NCBI GenBank assembly: GCA_964430945.1
Contig: CAYSHH010000004.1
Span: forward strand, 334 to 64,333
From: an uncultured Candidatus Saccharibacteria bacterium
GTDB lineage: Bacteria > Patescibacteriota > UBA1384 > JAMDBS01 > CAYSHH01
Direction: 5' to 3'
DNA: 64,000 nt
Numbering within the stretch: the first letter of the stretch is position 1; every line of letters starts with the position of its first letter. Shown here in pieces: positions 19,559-30,149 of this stretch. The notes beneath the pieces were generated by a model. That model ran no database searches. It worked only from the letters and a program-made list of their open reading frames with translations, and was not told the origin of the DNA. Position numbers and translations under genes: made by a program.

Positions 19559-20209
19559 TTAGACTATGTAGGCAGAGGCAAAGTCCAACCCGAATTGCCA
19601 ATCGTTTTCTTCTTCATAGTCTAATTCAAATTCTCCCGTCTCTACTCTATGCACAAAATAGAGAATATTAGACTTATTACCGTCCACAATCAGTCTGGCC
19701 CCATTACAACCGATCCAAGTTTCGGGATCGTCTAATCGATCCTCATGAGCGATGAGGTGGATTCCCACCTCATATGGACCAAGAAAAATTTCATTTTGGC
19801 TGAGTTCTCTTTTCTTGTCCCTTTCCATATTTGTTTCCATACAATAACTAGAAGGGACAATAATTACCCGCTTATTTTTTTGTTTTTTCTGATAATGCTT
19901 ATACATGCGCATGAGATCGGTCGACGGGGAGATTATTTTTTGAGTTGTTGAAAATGTTTCGAGAATATTGAAAAAATCTGAGAACAGGATTCGATCAATA
20001 ATCGAAGCCACCCTGTTTGTTGCCTCTTCGTATGTTGCACCCAGCATCGACCAAACCGGGATGCAAGCTAATCCCTCAGCTTGTACTGGTTGGTTAGTTT
20101 TTATTATTTCCAGAGAAATTCCTCTCAGTTCTGGGAAATAACTTCCCAAAATATTGATTTGCTCGCCTAAGCTTTTCATTATAGCCATTTTTCTTACCTC
20201 TTTATGCAA
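19559..20209 (-). CDS. Hypothetical protein (216 aa), convergent with the SIR2-like gene
   Basis: Intact ORF with no family recognised by eye. Confidence 0.35.
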   Translation of the reverse strand: MHKEVRKMAIMKSLGEQINILGSYFPELRGISLEIIKTNQPVQAEGLACIPVWSMLGATYEEATNRVASIIDRILFSDFFNILETFSTTQKIISPSTDLMRMYKHYQKKQKNKRVIIVPSSYCMETNMERDKKRELSQNEIFLGPYEVGIHLIAHEDRLDDPETWIGCNGARLIVDGNKSNILYFVHRVETGEFELDYEEENDWQFGLDFASAYIV

Positions 20210-20528
20210 TAGTCCTTCGAAAGATTAATTCTCCCAAAAGCCCAGCTGAATATTTATTGCTAAATCGTAAATACTCAACTGATCGTATGGGAGAAAATAT
20301 TTTTAAGATACAATCATGAACTCAACTAAAATACACAAATTTCTCTGTTTTGTCAATTTGGTCAAAATATATTTTTCTTGTTCAATCTAAAGTCTCTTGG
20401 TTTTTATAGAAAGTCATTCTAATTTTCATTGCTTCTTATACCCTAAAAATGCTATAATCAAACTGAAATTACTTCGGTTTTTTTATTGTTACCAAAACAT
20501 TATTTACCAGCAGATTATTCTTACAAAT

Positions 20529-22007
20529 ATGAAAGAAGATCGAGAAAAAATTAGTTACACCAAAAAAGTCGCTTACAATACTTTTATCCAAATTATTGGA
20601 AAGATTATTACTACTGCAACTTCATTGGTACTTATTGCGGCCCTTACCAGATATCTAGGTGTTTATGGCTATGGACAATACACTACAATATTTTCTTATG
20701 TTTCATTTGTAGCTGTATTTGCCGATCTTGGTTTCTTCTGGATAATGGTGCGTGAACTTTCAAAGCCCGATACGGATCACGAAGATATTTTCAATAATAT
20801 TATGACATTAAGATCGTGTCTTGGTCTTATTGTCTTTATTTTAGGTTTCTTGATTTGTCTTCTTATACCTTCATATAGTCCTGTTATAAAATACGGTATC
20901 GGTGTGACATCACTAAGTTGGTTTTTTATCACAGTAAATTCTACATACGTTGGTCTTTTCCAGTCACGTCACAAGATGGATCGAGCAACTATTTCTGAGA
21001 TCATTGGTAGATTGATAATCCTAGTTTTTGTTCTCTGGTTTATTAAGCTTGGTTATGGACTTTTGGCACTTGTATCGGCATATGCGATTGGAAATGTTGT
21101 CAATCTAATCGTTAGTATGTTCTTTGGTGCCAAATTTCTTAAATTCAAATTTAAATTTAATATCCCAACGTGGAAAAAAATGTTTGCCGAGGCCTGGCCG
21201 ATAGGTGTAATATTGGTATTTCATGTAATTTATCTTCGAGTCGATTCGGTAATGCTTTCAATCATGAAAACACCAGAAGATGTTGGTATCTACGGAGCGC
21301 CATATAAAATACTTGAAATATTGATATTAATTCCTGGTATTTTTATGGGCAATGTCTTTCCGATAATTACCAAGTATTTTCATGAGAAATCTGACAAAGT
21401 TTATGATGCTATCCAAAAAGCATTTGATTTCCTCTCAACTCTTGCCTTGCCAGTCGTAGTTGGAGTCTTCATGCTTGCTACTCCAATTGTTGCTTTTGTA
21501 GCTGGAGATAAATTCCTTACAAGCTCTACCATCGGAGATTTTATGGGGCATTATGCCAATTCTGCTTTGACTTTACAGATTTTGATATTTGCAACTGGTA
21601 TTATATTTTTCTCAAATATTTTCAATTCAGTAGCATACTCTATCGGCAAACAAAAGAGCCTTGTTTGGCCCAATGTAATATTTGCATTAGCCAACGTAGT
21701 TTTAAATCTCATATTTATTCCAAAGTATTCTTATATCGGAGCAAGTATCGCTACGGTAGTTACCGAATTTACGGTGCTTTTAGTGATATATTTCATTGTT
21801 AGTAAAAATCTACCTAAGCTCAAAATTAATTTCGGAGTATTCCTTAAGGCAATTATCGCGTCAATTATCATGGGGATATTTATTTATTACTTTATCTATT
21901 TAAACATGTTCCTTGTGATCGGCGCATCAATACTCGTTTATTTTTCAGCCTTATATATACTTGGTGGATTTACTAAGGATACTATTCGAATGCTTGTGAG
22001 AAAATAA
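20529..22007 (+). CDS. Wzx-like polysaccharide flippase (MOP superfamily)
   Basis: About 490 aa with about 12-14 TM helices. It is followed by two GT4 genes and a Wzy-like gene. The start at MKEDREK is preferred over the long N-terminal extension. Confidence 0.65.
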   Translation: MKEDREKISYTKKVAYNTFIQIIGKIITTATSLVLIAALTRYLGVYGYGQYTTIFSYVSFVAVFADLGFFWIMVRELSKPDTDHEDIFNNIMTLRSCLGLIVFILGFLICLLIPSYSPVIKYGIGVTSLSWFFITVNSTYVGLFQSRHKMDRATISEIIGRLIILVFVLWFIKLGYGLLALVSAYAIGNVVNLIVSMFFGAKFLKFKFKFNIPTWKKMFAEAWPIGVILVFHVIYLRVDSVMLSIMKTPEDVGIYGAPYKILEILILIPGIFMGNVFPIITKYFHEKSDKVYDAIQKAFDFLSTLALPVVVGVFMLATPIVAFVAGDKFLTSSTIGDFMGHYANSALTLQILIFATGIIFFSNIFNSVAYSIGKQKSLVWPNVIFALANVVLNLIFIPKYSYIGASIATVVTEFTVLLVIYFIVSKNLPKLKINFGVFLKAIIASIIMGIFIYYFIYLNMFLVIGASILVYFSALYILGGFTKDTIRMLVRK

Positions 22008-22077
22008 TATTAGAATAAAATATTTATTAATTGATCTATATTAAGTCGTAAAACAAGATCAGTGGGACATATTACAT

Positions 22078-23154
22078 ATGAAAATAGGTATCGATATTCA
22101 AACAACATTAGGACAAAAAACAGGATTTGGTTTTTATGTTGAAAATCTCGTGAATCATCTAAAAAAATACAATCACAAAAACACTTATAAACTCTATAAA
22201 CCAGATTCAACAACTGATTTTAATGCCCCAAAACGTTTCCGTTGGGATCAATTTACATTTCCCGGAATGGCCAAAAAAGATCATGTCGATATTCTCCACC
22301 AACCATGCTTTTCGGCTCCAGTATTTTATAGTGGAAAAATAGTTGTAACAATCCATGATCTGATTGCTATAAAATTTGGCCAAGATATTCCCCTATACTC
22401 TCGCCAATTCTTTGGTAAATGGATGCCATTTTCATATCGTTTTGCAGATCGTATCATTGCCATTTCTGAGCATACAAAAAAGGATATTATTGATATACTA
22501 AAAATTCCCGAAGAAAAAATAACTGTGATTTATGAGGCAGCCGATGAAGCATGTAAATACGTTGCTGACCAAAAAATTATCGATAGTGTAAAATCAAAAT
22601 ACGGTATCAGTGGAAATTATCTTATCCATATTGGCACGATAAACCCCAGAAAAAATCTTGAGTTTTTGATCAAAGTATTTTCTGAAGTTGTCAAAAAACA
22701 CCACGATCTCAAGCTAGTCATTACTGGTAAAAAAGGGTGGTATTACGAAGGTCTTTTTAAATTAGTTGAAGAACTTAGTCTCAAAAAAAACGTGATATTT
22801 ACTGGATACATTGAAGATGACGAGAAACCCGCTCTCTATACTGGCGCAAAAATATTTCTTTTTCCATCTCTCTATGAAGGTTTTGGACTTCCAATTCTCG
22901 AATCAATGGCTTGTCATACACCAGTGATCTCATCAAATACTTCTTCACTTCCTGAACTAATCGGAGATGCTGGAATAAAAATTAGCCCCCACAAAAAAGA
23001 CCAATGGGTACAGTCAATTAACAAACTTCTTGCCAATGAAGAATATCGCCAAGAACTGGTAGCTAAATCACTAGTACAACTTAAAAAATTTTCTTGGGAC
23101 AAATGCGCTAAAGAAACCATAAAAGTTTACGAAGATCTATATCATGACAAATAA
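22078..23154 (+). CDS. Glycosyltransferase family 4
   Basis: GT4 signature EGFGLPILESMACHTPVISSNTSSLPELIGDAG (E-x7-E region). Confidence 0.85.
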   Translation: MKIGIDIQTTLGQKTGFGFYVENLVNHLKKYNHKNTYKLYKPDSTTDFNAPKRFRWDQFTFPGMAKKDHVDILHQPCFSAPVFYSGKIVVTIHDLIAIKFGQDIPLYSRQFFGKWMPFSYRFADRIIAISEHTKKDIIDILKIPEEKITVIYEAADEACKYVADQKIIDSVKSKYGISGNYLIHIGTINPRKNLEFLIKVFSEVVKKHHDLKLVITGKKGWYYEGLFKLVEELSLKKNVIFTGYIEDDEKPALYTGAKIFLFPSLYEGFGLPILESMACHTPVISSNTSSLPELIGDAGIKISPHKKDQWVQSINKLLANEEYRQELVAKSLVQLKKFSWDKCAKETIKVYEDLYHDK

Positions 23155-24274
23155 ACCAAAATTAATAATTGTTACAGAAGGGCTTAGAAGAGATAATCAA
23201 AAACCTCTTCAATATTTTTATAAAATAAATGTTACTCATCTTTATGAATCTGCTCCATATGGTAATGAGACAAAAGAAGATTTAAAAGGTGCTATCAAAT
23301 TTTCTGGCGCCCAGGATCTTTATAATAAATTATTAAAATTTAAGCCAGACATAATCCAAGGTCCCGAACCATATGGATCACGCAAAATGTTTATGTATTC
23401 AATAGCATCATATAGGGCTGCCAAAAAACTTAAAGTTCCATTGATTTTTCCTTTCTGGGAAAACAGGCCACCCGAAAAAAGATTTAATTGGGCACAAAGA
23501 GTGATAGTTAACTTATTTGCTAAAATTTATATCAACTATGCATCTCTTGTGATTTATATAAATAATGGTGCTCTAAAAAATATTAAAGCGCTTGGTATAA
23601 AAGACAAGACAAAATTGGTCAAATTCCTTTGGGGAACATGGGGAGTAGATGTTGATGAATTTAAGCCATCGAAAACAACTATAAAAAACAAAGTTCAAGA
23701 TAAGACAATCCTTTACGTTGGGCGCATTGTCAGAGAAAAGGGTATTCAGTATCTTCTTGAGGCATTTTCCAAAGTACACAAACAATTTCCCAAAACCAAG
23801 TTGCTCATCATTGGTTCAGGTGATATGAAGGACTATGTCGAAGAATTTCGTACAAAAAAACATCTAGAAAACAGCATTATTCTAAAAAGACCGGTAAAAA
23901 ATGAAGATATTCCAATCTATTATCAAAATGCCACAATATTTTGTTCCCCAGCTATTACTATTTCTTGGTGGGCAGAACAGGTCGGCATGACCAATATCCA
24001 AGCTATGGCCTGTGGTACACCAGTAGTCTCGACCAATTCAGGAGGTATTCCAGAATATGTTCCCAATAAAATTACTGGATTTCTAGTACCAGAGAAAGAT
24101 TCTTCTCGACTTGCCTCGGCCATGATACGACTTCTTGATGATGACGAACTAAGAAATAAGATTTCTCAACAATGTGTGGCTTACGCTAGGCAACACTATG
24201 ATGCACAAAAAAATATCCATAAAGCACAAAATATGATATTGGAGATATTAAGAAATGAAAAACATAAAAAATAA
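23144..24274 (+). CDS. Glycosyltransferase family 4
   Basis: VGRIVREKGI ... QAMACGTPVVSTNSGGIPEYV, a GT4 C-terminal domain. Confidence 0.8.
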   Translation: MTNKPKLIIVTEGLRRDNQKPLQYFYKINVTHLYESAPYGNETKEDLKGAIKFSGAQDLYNKLLKFKPDIIQGPEPYGSRKMFMYSIASYRAAKKLKVPLIFPFWENRPPEKRFNWAQRVIVNLFAKIYINYASLVIYINNGALKNIKALGIKDKTKLVKFLWGTWGVDVDEFKPSKTTIKNKVQDKTILYVGRIVREKGIQYLLEAFSKVHKQFPKTKLLIIGSGDMKDYVEEFRTKKHLENSIILKRPVKNEDIPIYYQNATIFCSPAITISWWAEQVGMTNIQAMACGTPVVSTNSGGIPEYVPNKITGFLVPEKDSSRLASAMIRLLDDDELRNKISQQCVAYARQHYDAQKNIHKAQNMILEILRNEKHKK

Positions 24275-25673
24275 TTGGTTTTACTTTCTCTTAAGTGCGG
24301 TATTTGCACTAATTTTTGGATACATTCTCGCGATGTACAACATTTACGCAATTTTTGTATTAGTTGGTATTATTGGATTTTTTGTCATTACTCACTATGT
24401 TTTTAAAAACCCATTCACAGGACTTCTTATGATTTTCTTTTTTCTTCCTTTTACTAGAATTCCAAATATTGATATCGGACCAATAAGTTTACAGATCAAT
24501 CAGCTTGTAGGATTGATCACGCTTCTTGCGTTTGCTCTTTCTGTTTTAGTCAACAAAGAAAAAATCCGTTCTTTCGCACTCACTTGGCCACTTATTTTTT
24601 TCTGGACAGCTCTAATAATCTCACTCTTTTTTACTGGTGATATTTCTCGCTCACTCACCGTACTAATATTTGTCATCTTTACGTCACTTTTTTCAATATT
24701 ACCTAATCAATATATTGACAATAAAGAAAAACTAGAAAAAGTAATTATCATACTTTTTTGGTCGACACTCATGGTTTGTATATTTGGCATATTTCAGTTT
24801 CTCGGAGATGTGATTGGCCTGCCCACATCAATTACTGGGCTTAGAGAAGGATATACTAGTGCGGTCTTTGGATTTCCTCGTGTCCAAGCATTTTCTATCG
24901 AACCATTATATCTAGGAAATTATTTATTATTTCCACTTAGTATATTTTTGGCCCTTTTTCTAACTCGCACCAGGGTCAAATTTCTTACTAGACCGATTCT
25001 TTTTGGGATCATATTTTTAATCCTTCTTATCATTGCTCTTACTGTTTCTCGTGGAGCTTATCTTGCGCTTGGAATTATGATCATGGTTATGTTTATTTTT
25101 ATGGCCAAAAAATTTATTACTCCAAAGATTATTACTGTTGCCGTGATTACTATACTCCTTGGTGGTACTGCCATAATTTGGTTTATAAATAAAGGTGAAG
25201 ATAAGGCTTATGATGAATTTATCAAGCATATCACGGTTGAAGATTTCTCCCAGGGAGAATCAGTTCAAGGAAGATTCATCGAATACGAACGAGCACTAGA
25301 GCTAGCCGAAGGCAATGAAACATTTGGCGTCGGAATTGGTGCTTATGGGGTGACTAAAAAAGGATTTCCAGACCACGATGATATATCTGATTACGATATC
25401 GTAAACAATCAATACATCGAACTTTTGACTGAAACAGGCTGGATTGGACTTGGTGCATTTGTATTTATGATTATTTTCATTGCTTGGCGAGGGATCATAG
25501 CTTTCTACAAATCTAAAGACCCACTTATAAAATACGTTCTTGTCGGACTTCTTGGCGCCTTTATTGCCACTATGTTTCAATACAATTTCTTCTCAACTCT
25601 CTATATCATTCCTATCTGGATCCTGATTGGCGTCTTTATAGCTGTGCAGAATTTAGGACTAGAAGATAAATAG
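24255..25673 (+). CDS. O-antigen ligase / Wzy-type polymerase family membrane protein
   Basis: About 11 TM helices plus the Wzy_C-type region (TVSRGAYLALGIMI) and a periplasmic loop. Confidence 0.65.
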   Translation: MKNIKNNWFYFLLSAVFALIFGYILAMYNIYAIFVLVGIIGFFVITHYVFKNPFTGLLMIFFFLPFTRIPNIDIGPISLQINQLVGLITLLAFALSVLVNKEKIRSFALTWPLIFFWTALIISLFFTGDISRSLTVLIFVIFTSLFSILPNQYIDNKEKLEKVIIILFWSTLMVCIFGIFQFLGDVIGLPTSITGLREGYTSAVFGFPRVQAFSIEPLYLGNYLLFPLSIFLALFLTRTRVKFLTRPILFGIIFLILLIIALTVSRGAYLALGIMIMVMFIFMAKKFITPKIITVAVITILLGGTAIIWFINKGEDKAYDEFIKHITVEDFSQGESVQGRFIEYERALELAEGNETFGVGIGAYGVTKKGFPDHDDISDYDIVNNQYIELLTETGWIGLGAFVFMIIFIAWRGIIAFYKSKDPLIKYVLVGLLGAFIATMFQYNFFSTLYIIPIWILIGVFIAVQNLGLEDK

Positions 25674-25692
25674 GAAATGAAAAATATTTGAC

Positions 25693-26316
25693 ATGAATAT
25701 CTATGAAATATTTCTAAAAATTATTTGGATTGTTGTAGCATTATCTTTGGTACCGATATGTACCTACACGATTTTCTATATAATAACTAGGCTTATAGCA
25801 CTCTTTACAATAATCGGTGGATCAATATCTGCAATTTTGGGATTTAATCATCAAAGTACAGACAAAAAAACAAAAAAAATTATTTTAAATATTGATAAAA
25901 TATTTTGGATAAGCGAGACTATATTGCTATTGGCAATCATAATATTTTATTTTTTCAAAGTGCAATACTCTTCTATCATGTTATATCTCGTAGGCGCGAT
26001 AATTGCTATTCACATAATTGTATCCATCATCGTTGGACTGATATACGGCCCAAAAATTAAAATACATTTTTTTAAAAACAACCAAAGGTGCAAGACATCA
26101 TTAAATAGTGACAAGATGGAAGAAGAACAAAAGAAAAAGGATGATGAGAAATATAAAACTGAGCTAGCATACGAAAAGAAATTCAAAAAAAGGTATGGAA
26201 AGATCGCTTGGGAATTGTACAACGATCTCAAAATACTTGGTTGTGTTTTTTATTTGATATATGGATTGTGGATGATGTTTAGTTACATGATTATTGATAT
26301 GATTGAAAGTGATTGA
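25693..26316 (+). CDS. Hypothetical membrane protein
   Basis: Four hydrophobic helices and a Lys/Glu-rich loop. Confidence 0.35.
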   Translation: MNIYEIFLKIIWIVVALSLVPICTYTIFYIITRLIALFTIIGGSISAILGFNHQSTDKKTKKIILNIDKIFWISETILLLAIIIFYFFKVQYSSIMLYLVGAIIAIHIIVSIIVGLIYGPKIKIHFFKNNQRCKTSLNSDKMEEEQKKKDDEKYKTELAYEKKFKKRYGKIAWELYNDLKILGCVFYLIYGLWMMFSYMIIDMIESD

Positions 26317-26404
26317 TAAATCACCAAATATTGTGCAAATCCCGAAACAAGAATCCATTTTAAAATAAAATAATCACTGAGCACATAAAAAATGTTAAAT
26401 AATC

Positions 26405-26436
26405 AAAAGTACACCCCGCGGGGTGTACTTTTTTGG
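26405..26436 (+). terminator. Strong Rho-independent terminator (perfect palindrome)
   Basis: aaaagtacaccccg|cggggtgtactttt is followed by tttgg. It marks the boundary before the AT-rich defense island. Confidence 0.6.
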
Positions 26437-26783
26437 GTTAGGAAATTAAGGAATCGGTTGAAAATATAACAGGTTGGGAGTATGATTTAGATATGTTATT
26501 TAGACAAAGTAAGAAGTCTGGTAAACCAGCTAAGATGATGAAATTAGAATCGATCAAAGAGCTTAGTTTTGATTTGGAAAAAGATATCCAAACTCTTACA
26601 GAAAAAACTCTGCCGAGATAAAAAATTGAATTAATCTGAAAAAATAAAAAAACAAGGACCTAAAATGTCAAAAGATCAGAAAGCCAAACAAAAACCAAAC
26701 TTGTCCACATAGTTAATAATTTATTATTTGATATAATATATTATATACATACCCGGAAGTCGTGAGTATTGTAGGAGGGAAAA

Positions 26784-27821
26784 ATGAAAAAATATACGGT
26801 TGTTGATTTGTTTTCAGGATCTGGAGGTTTGTCTCTTGGTTTTGAACAAGTCGGATTTAAAAATGTATTTTCAGTAGATTTTATGAAAGATTATTGTGAT
26901 ACTTATAGAAAAAATTTCCCTCATCATAAATTAATCCAAAAAGATATAAGTAAAATATCTGATAAAGAAATATTGAAATTATCTAAAAATAAAGAGATTA
27001 ATGTTGTTGTTGGAGGTCCTCCTTGTCAAGGATTTAGTATGGCTGGAAAAATAGGCAGAACTTTTGTTGATGATCCTAGAAACCATTTATTTAAGGAATT
27101 TGCAAGAATAGTTTCGCTAACTAAACCTAAAATTTTTGTTATGGAAAATGTAGCAAGATTATATACACATAACAATGGAAAAACTAGGAAAGAAATTATT
27201 GATAAATTTCATCAATTAGGTTATGAAGTTAAATGTAAAATTTTATGTTCTGCTGATTATGGTGTACCTCAAATTAGAAATAGAATTATTTTTATTGGTA
27301 ATAGATTAGGACTAAAAAATACTTTTCCTGAAAAAACATACAATAAGGATACACAAACCACAATCGGAAATAAAAAAATAAAAAAATGGAAATCAATCAA
27401 AGAAGCAATAGATGATTTACCCAAACTTAAATCAGGAGAAAGTTCAGATATTCCTAATCACGAAGCTATGTCACACACACAAGAGATGTTAAATAAGATG
27501 GATTTTATTAAAGATGGTGGAGATAGAAATCAAATTCCTATTAATCTTAGACCTAAAACAGGAGATATAAGAAAATATATTAAATATAATAGTTCAAAAC
27601 CTTCAATTTGTATCACAGGAGATATGAGAAAAGTCTTTCACTATAATCAAAATAGAGCTTTAACTGTTAGAGAATTGGCGAGAATTCAATCATTTCCAGA
27701 TTCCTTTGTCTTTAATGGAAATAAGATTTCACAACAACAACAAGTAGGAAATGCGGTTCCTCCGTTAATGGCTAAAGCCATTGCAGAAGGAATAAAAGAG
27801 ATGTTAAAACAAAATGAATAA
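26784..27821 (+). CDS. DNA (cytosine-5)-methyltransferase
   Basis: Motif I DLFSGSGG, motif IV GGPPCQGFS, motif VI ENV, motif VIII QIRNR and motif X GNAVPP are all present. There is a strong SD (AGGAGGG) 6 nt upstream. Confidence 0.9.
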   Translation: MKKYTVVDLFSGSGGLSLGFEQVGFKNVFSVDFMKDYCDTYRKNFPHHKLIQKDISKISDKEILKLSKNKEINVVVGGPPCQGFSMAGKIGRTFVDDPRNHLFKEFARIVSLTKPKIFVMENVARLYTHNNGKTRKEIIDKFHQLGYEVKCKILCSADYGVPQIRNRIIFIGNRLGLKNTFPEKTYNKDTQTTIGNKKIKKWKSIKEAIDDLPKLKSGESSDIPNHEAMSHTQEMLNKMDFIKDGGDRNQIPINLRPKTGDIRKYIKYNSSKPSICITGDMRKVFHYNQNRALTVRELARIQSFPDSFVFNGNKISQQQQVGNAVPPLMAKAIAEGIKEMLKQNE

Positions 27822-28821
27822 ATTACCTAAAATAAATTTTATTGGAAATAAAGAAAAAATTGTCGATTGGATTTGTGATAATATTCCAAAAAATGTTAAT
27901 TCCGTATTTGATGCTTTTTCAGGTGGTGCTTCAGTTAGTTTTGAAGCAAAAAAAAGAGGATTTAAAGTTTTAAGTAATGATATATTAGAAATCAATTATT
28001 TACTTTCAAAAGCACTGATTGAAAATAATAAAATCACTCTTAATGAAAAAGATATCAAAACTATTTTTTCAGGTAATCCAGTAAAGGGATTTATGTATAA
28101 AAATTATTCGGAAGTTTATTTCTTCTCAGAAGAGTGTATGGAACTAGATTTGTATCGAAAAAATATTGAAAAATTAGATTCAGATTATAAAAAAGCTTTA
28201 GCTTTCTCTTTGATTAGAAGGTCAATGATTAGAAAAATGCCCTATTCGAGATTTACTCTTCCGTGGGATAAGATTAAACAATTAAGAGATGAAGAATATA
28301 GTTATAAAAAATATAAACGAAGAAGAGCCTATCACAATCAAAGTTTTAAAGAACATTTTTTAGATAATCTTAACGAGTACAATAAAGCAATTTTTGATAA
28401 TAAGAAAGATAATAAAGCGTTTAATTCAGACATTTTTCAATTAATACCGAAGATTAATGCTGATTTAATTTATCTCGATCCTCCATACACTGGAACAATG
28501 AATAATTATTTTGGTTTTTATGGTCTTATAGATGAATATTTGAAACAGAAAAAATTAAAGCCTTTTGAAAATGATTTTATTGATAAAAATATAGCATTGG
28601 ATTTATTTGATAATTTATTCTCTAAGTTAGGAAAATACAAATATTGGTTTTTGAGTTATAATAATTCTTCATATCCAACTAAAGAACAATTACTTAGTTT
28701 ATTGAAGAAATATTCCAAAGATGTTAAGGTAATAGAACGAAAACATAATTATCAAGTAACAGGAAAAACAAAGAAGACTAAAAATAAAGAATATTTATTT
28801 ATTGTTAAAACAAAGAAGTAA
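27814..28821 (+). CDS. Dam-family (D12-class, alpha-type) N6-adenine DNA methyltransferase
   Basis: Motif I region NFIGNKEKI...DAFSGGASV near the N-terminus and motif IV LDPPY at about residue 215. It overlaps the m5C methyltransferase by 8 nt. Confidence 0.8.
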   Translation: MNKLPKINFIGNKEKIVDWICDNIPKNVNSVFDAFSGGASVSFEAKKRGFKVLSNDILEINYLLSKALIENNKITLNEKDIKTIFSGNPVKGFMYKNYSEVYFFSEECMELDLYRKNIEKLDSDYKKALAFSLIRRSMIRKMPYSRFTLPWDKIKQLRDEEYSYKKYKRRRAYHNQSFKEHFLDNLNEYNKAIFDNKKDNKAFNSDIFQLIPKINADLIYLDPPYTGTMNNYFGFYGLIDEYLKQKKLKPFENDFIDKNIALDLFDNLFSKLGKYKYWFLSYNNSSYPTKEQLLSLLKKYSKDVKVIERKHNYQVTGKTKKTKNKEYLFIVKTKK

Positions 28822-28822
28822 A

Positions 28823-29902
28823 ATGACAAAATCAAAAAAACAAATATATGAGAATTATTGGAGTATAACTCTTGCATATACTGATTTAAATTCTAAAAAG
28901 TTTATTGAGACTTTAAGGGCAATTGTTAATTTTATTGATTCTCACAATACTTTAAAATTTGATTCTAGAATGTATCAAGATCTACAAGAAGAAGTAGGAG
29001 AAGTAAATGGTTTGTCTGGAACTTCATTAAGAAAAAGTATTAATCAATTTGTTAAGTTGGGTTTTATAAATTATAAATTACATTCATATCACAAAGATTG
29101 TAAAATATTTCTAGAAGCTAGAGCTTGTAGAAAAAGAAGAACGATATTTTCCAAAATTGTTTACGAAAATTCTTCATTTAATAGAGATATAACTAAAGAT
29201 TCTCAAGAAAGAGAAGTAAACTTTTTATTGAAGACTCTAGAAGAAGTTGGGCAATTAAGGAAAGAAGATATTGCTGCATTAATGACTCAAAAAATTAGTG
29301 AATATCCAAAGGGATATCTAACCGAAGAAGAATTGGAAGATGCAAAACAAAACGCAAATGAAATAAAATTTTATGAAAGAAAATATAATCAAGTAAGTCA
29401 TCTTAGAACAGTCTTAAGTAAACTTGATGATTTAGTTATGGTATCTGGAACAATATATTTTGAAGAAGATGCAAAAGTTGCATTTGGAGAAGATTTTAAA
29501 GCTCAACTTAGAGTAAGGGATAATTATTTACATAGACTATACAAAAATCAGCTTAAAGAAGAATCTGAAGAAAGAGAAGGAGAAATTATGTGTATGGTAG
29601 AATTGTTAGATTATCCTTCATTAGTTGCTAGTCATATTAAACCATTCATAAAATCAAATGATGAAGAAGCATATGACCCTGAAAATGGTTTATTACTCAG
29701 CAGAAATATGGATGTTTTATTTGACCAAGGTTATATTTCTTTTACAGATGAAGGAAAAATTATTCTATCCAAAGAGCTTTCAGAAGATTTAAAAGAGTTT
29801 TTAAAAGATTATGGTTTAAAGAAAATATACTTAACAAAAAAGAGATTGAAATTTTTAAAATTCCATAGGCAAAGAGTGTTTAAAAAAAATAATTTTACAT
29901 AA
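28823..29902 (+). CDS. HNH-type endonuclease, probable restriction endonuclease of the RM module
   Basis: The C-terminal region CMVELLDYPSLVASHIKPF...ENGLLLSRNMDVLFDQGYISF matches the HNH_2-type (PF13391-like) motif H-I-x-P...N-G-L...H-x-x-F-D. The N-terminal roughly 250 aa are unassigned and could be the DNA-recognition part. The start is placed at the ATG immediately after the methyltransferase stop. Confidence 0.6.
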   Translation: MTKSKKQIYENYWSITLAYTDLNSKKFIETLRAIVNFIDSHNTLKFDSRMYQDLQEEVGEVNGLSGTSLRKSINQFVKLGFINYKLHSYHKDCKIFLEARACRKRRTIFSKIVYENSSFNRDITKDSQEREVNFLLKTLEEVGQLRKEDIAALMTQKISEYPKGYLTEEELEDAKQNANEIKFYERKYNQVSHLRTVLSKLDDLVMVSGTIYFEEDAKVAFGEDFKAQLRVRDNYLHRLYKNQLKEESEEREGEIMCMVELLDYPSLVASHIKPFIKSNDEEAYDPENGLLLSRNMDVLFDQGYISFTDEGKIILSKELSEDLKEFLKDYGLKKIYLTKKRLKFLKFHRQRVFKKNNFT

Positions 29903-30149
29903 AGATAAAGCACAAGAAATTTTTACTTTATCTGCATATCACTATTTTGGTAGAAAACAGACAGAGGAAAAAATCATGGGTAAAAGATCGTATTCTAAGT
30001 ATGCTTGAAGACACAATGTATGTACGCCTTAAAACAACTCTAAACAATAAAATTGAACCAGATGACCAACATTGGCAAAAAAAAGGAAAATCGTATTATA
30101 AATTTTTAAAAAATATTATGAACAAATCCCATTATTAATATAGGAAAAA

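Noticed and set aside
26493-26621. A 42-codon ORF (MLFRQSKKSGKPAKMMKLESIKELSFDLEKDIQTLTEKTLPR) and a 15-codon ORF at the island's left edge as small regulatory or controller proteins
   Set aside because: There is no SD or promoter context, no HTH or other motif, and low complexity. They could be noise, and C-proteins of RM systems are HTH proteins.
29903-29935. Hairpin (agataaag ... ctttatct) after the HNH gene as a terminator
   Set aside because: The 15-nt loop and the lack of a following T-run make it a weak candidate.
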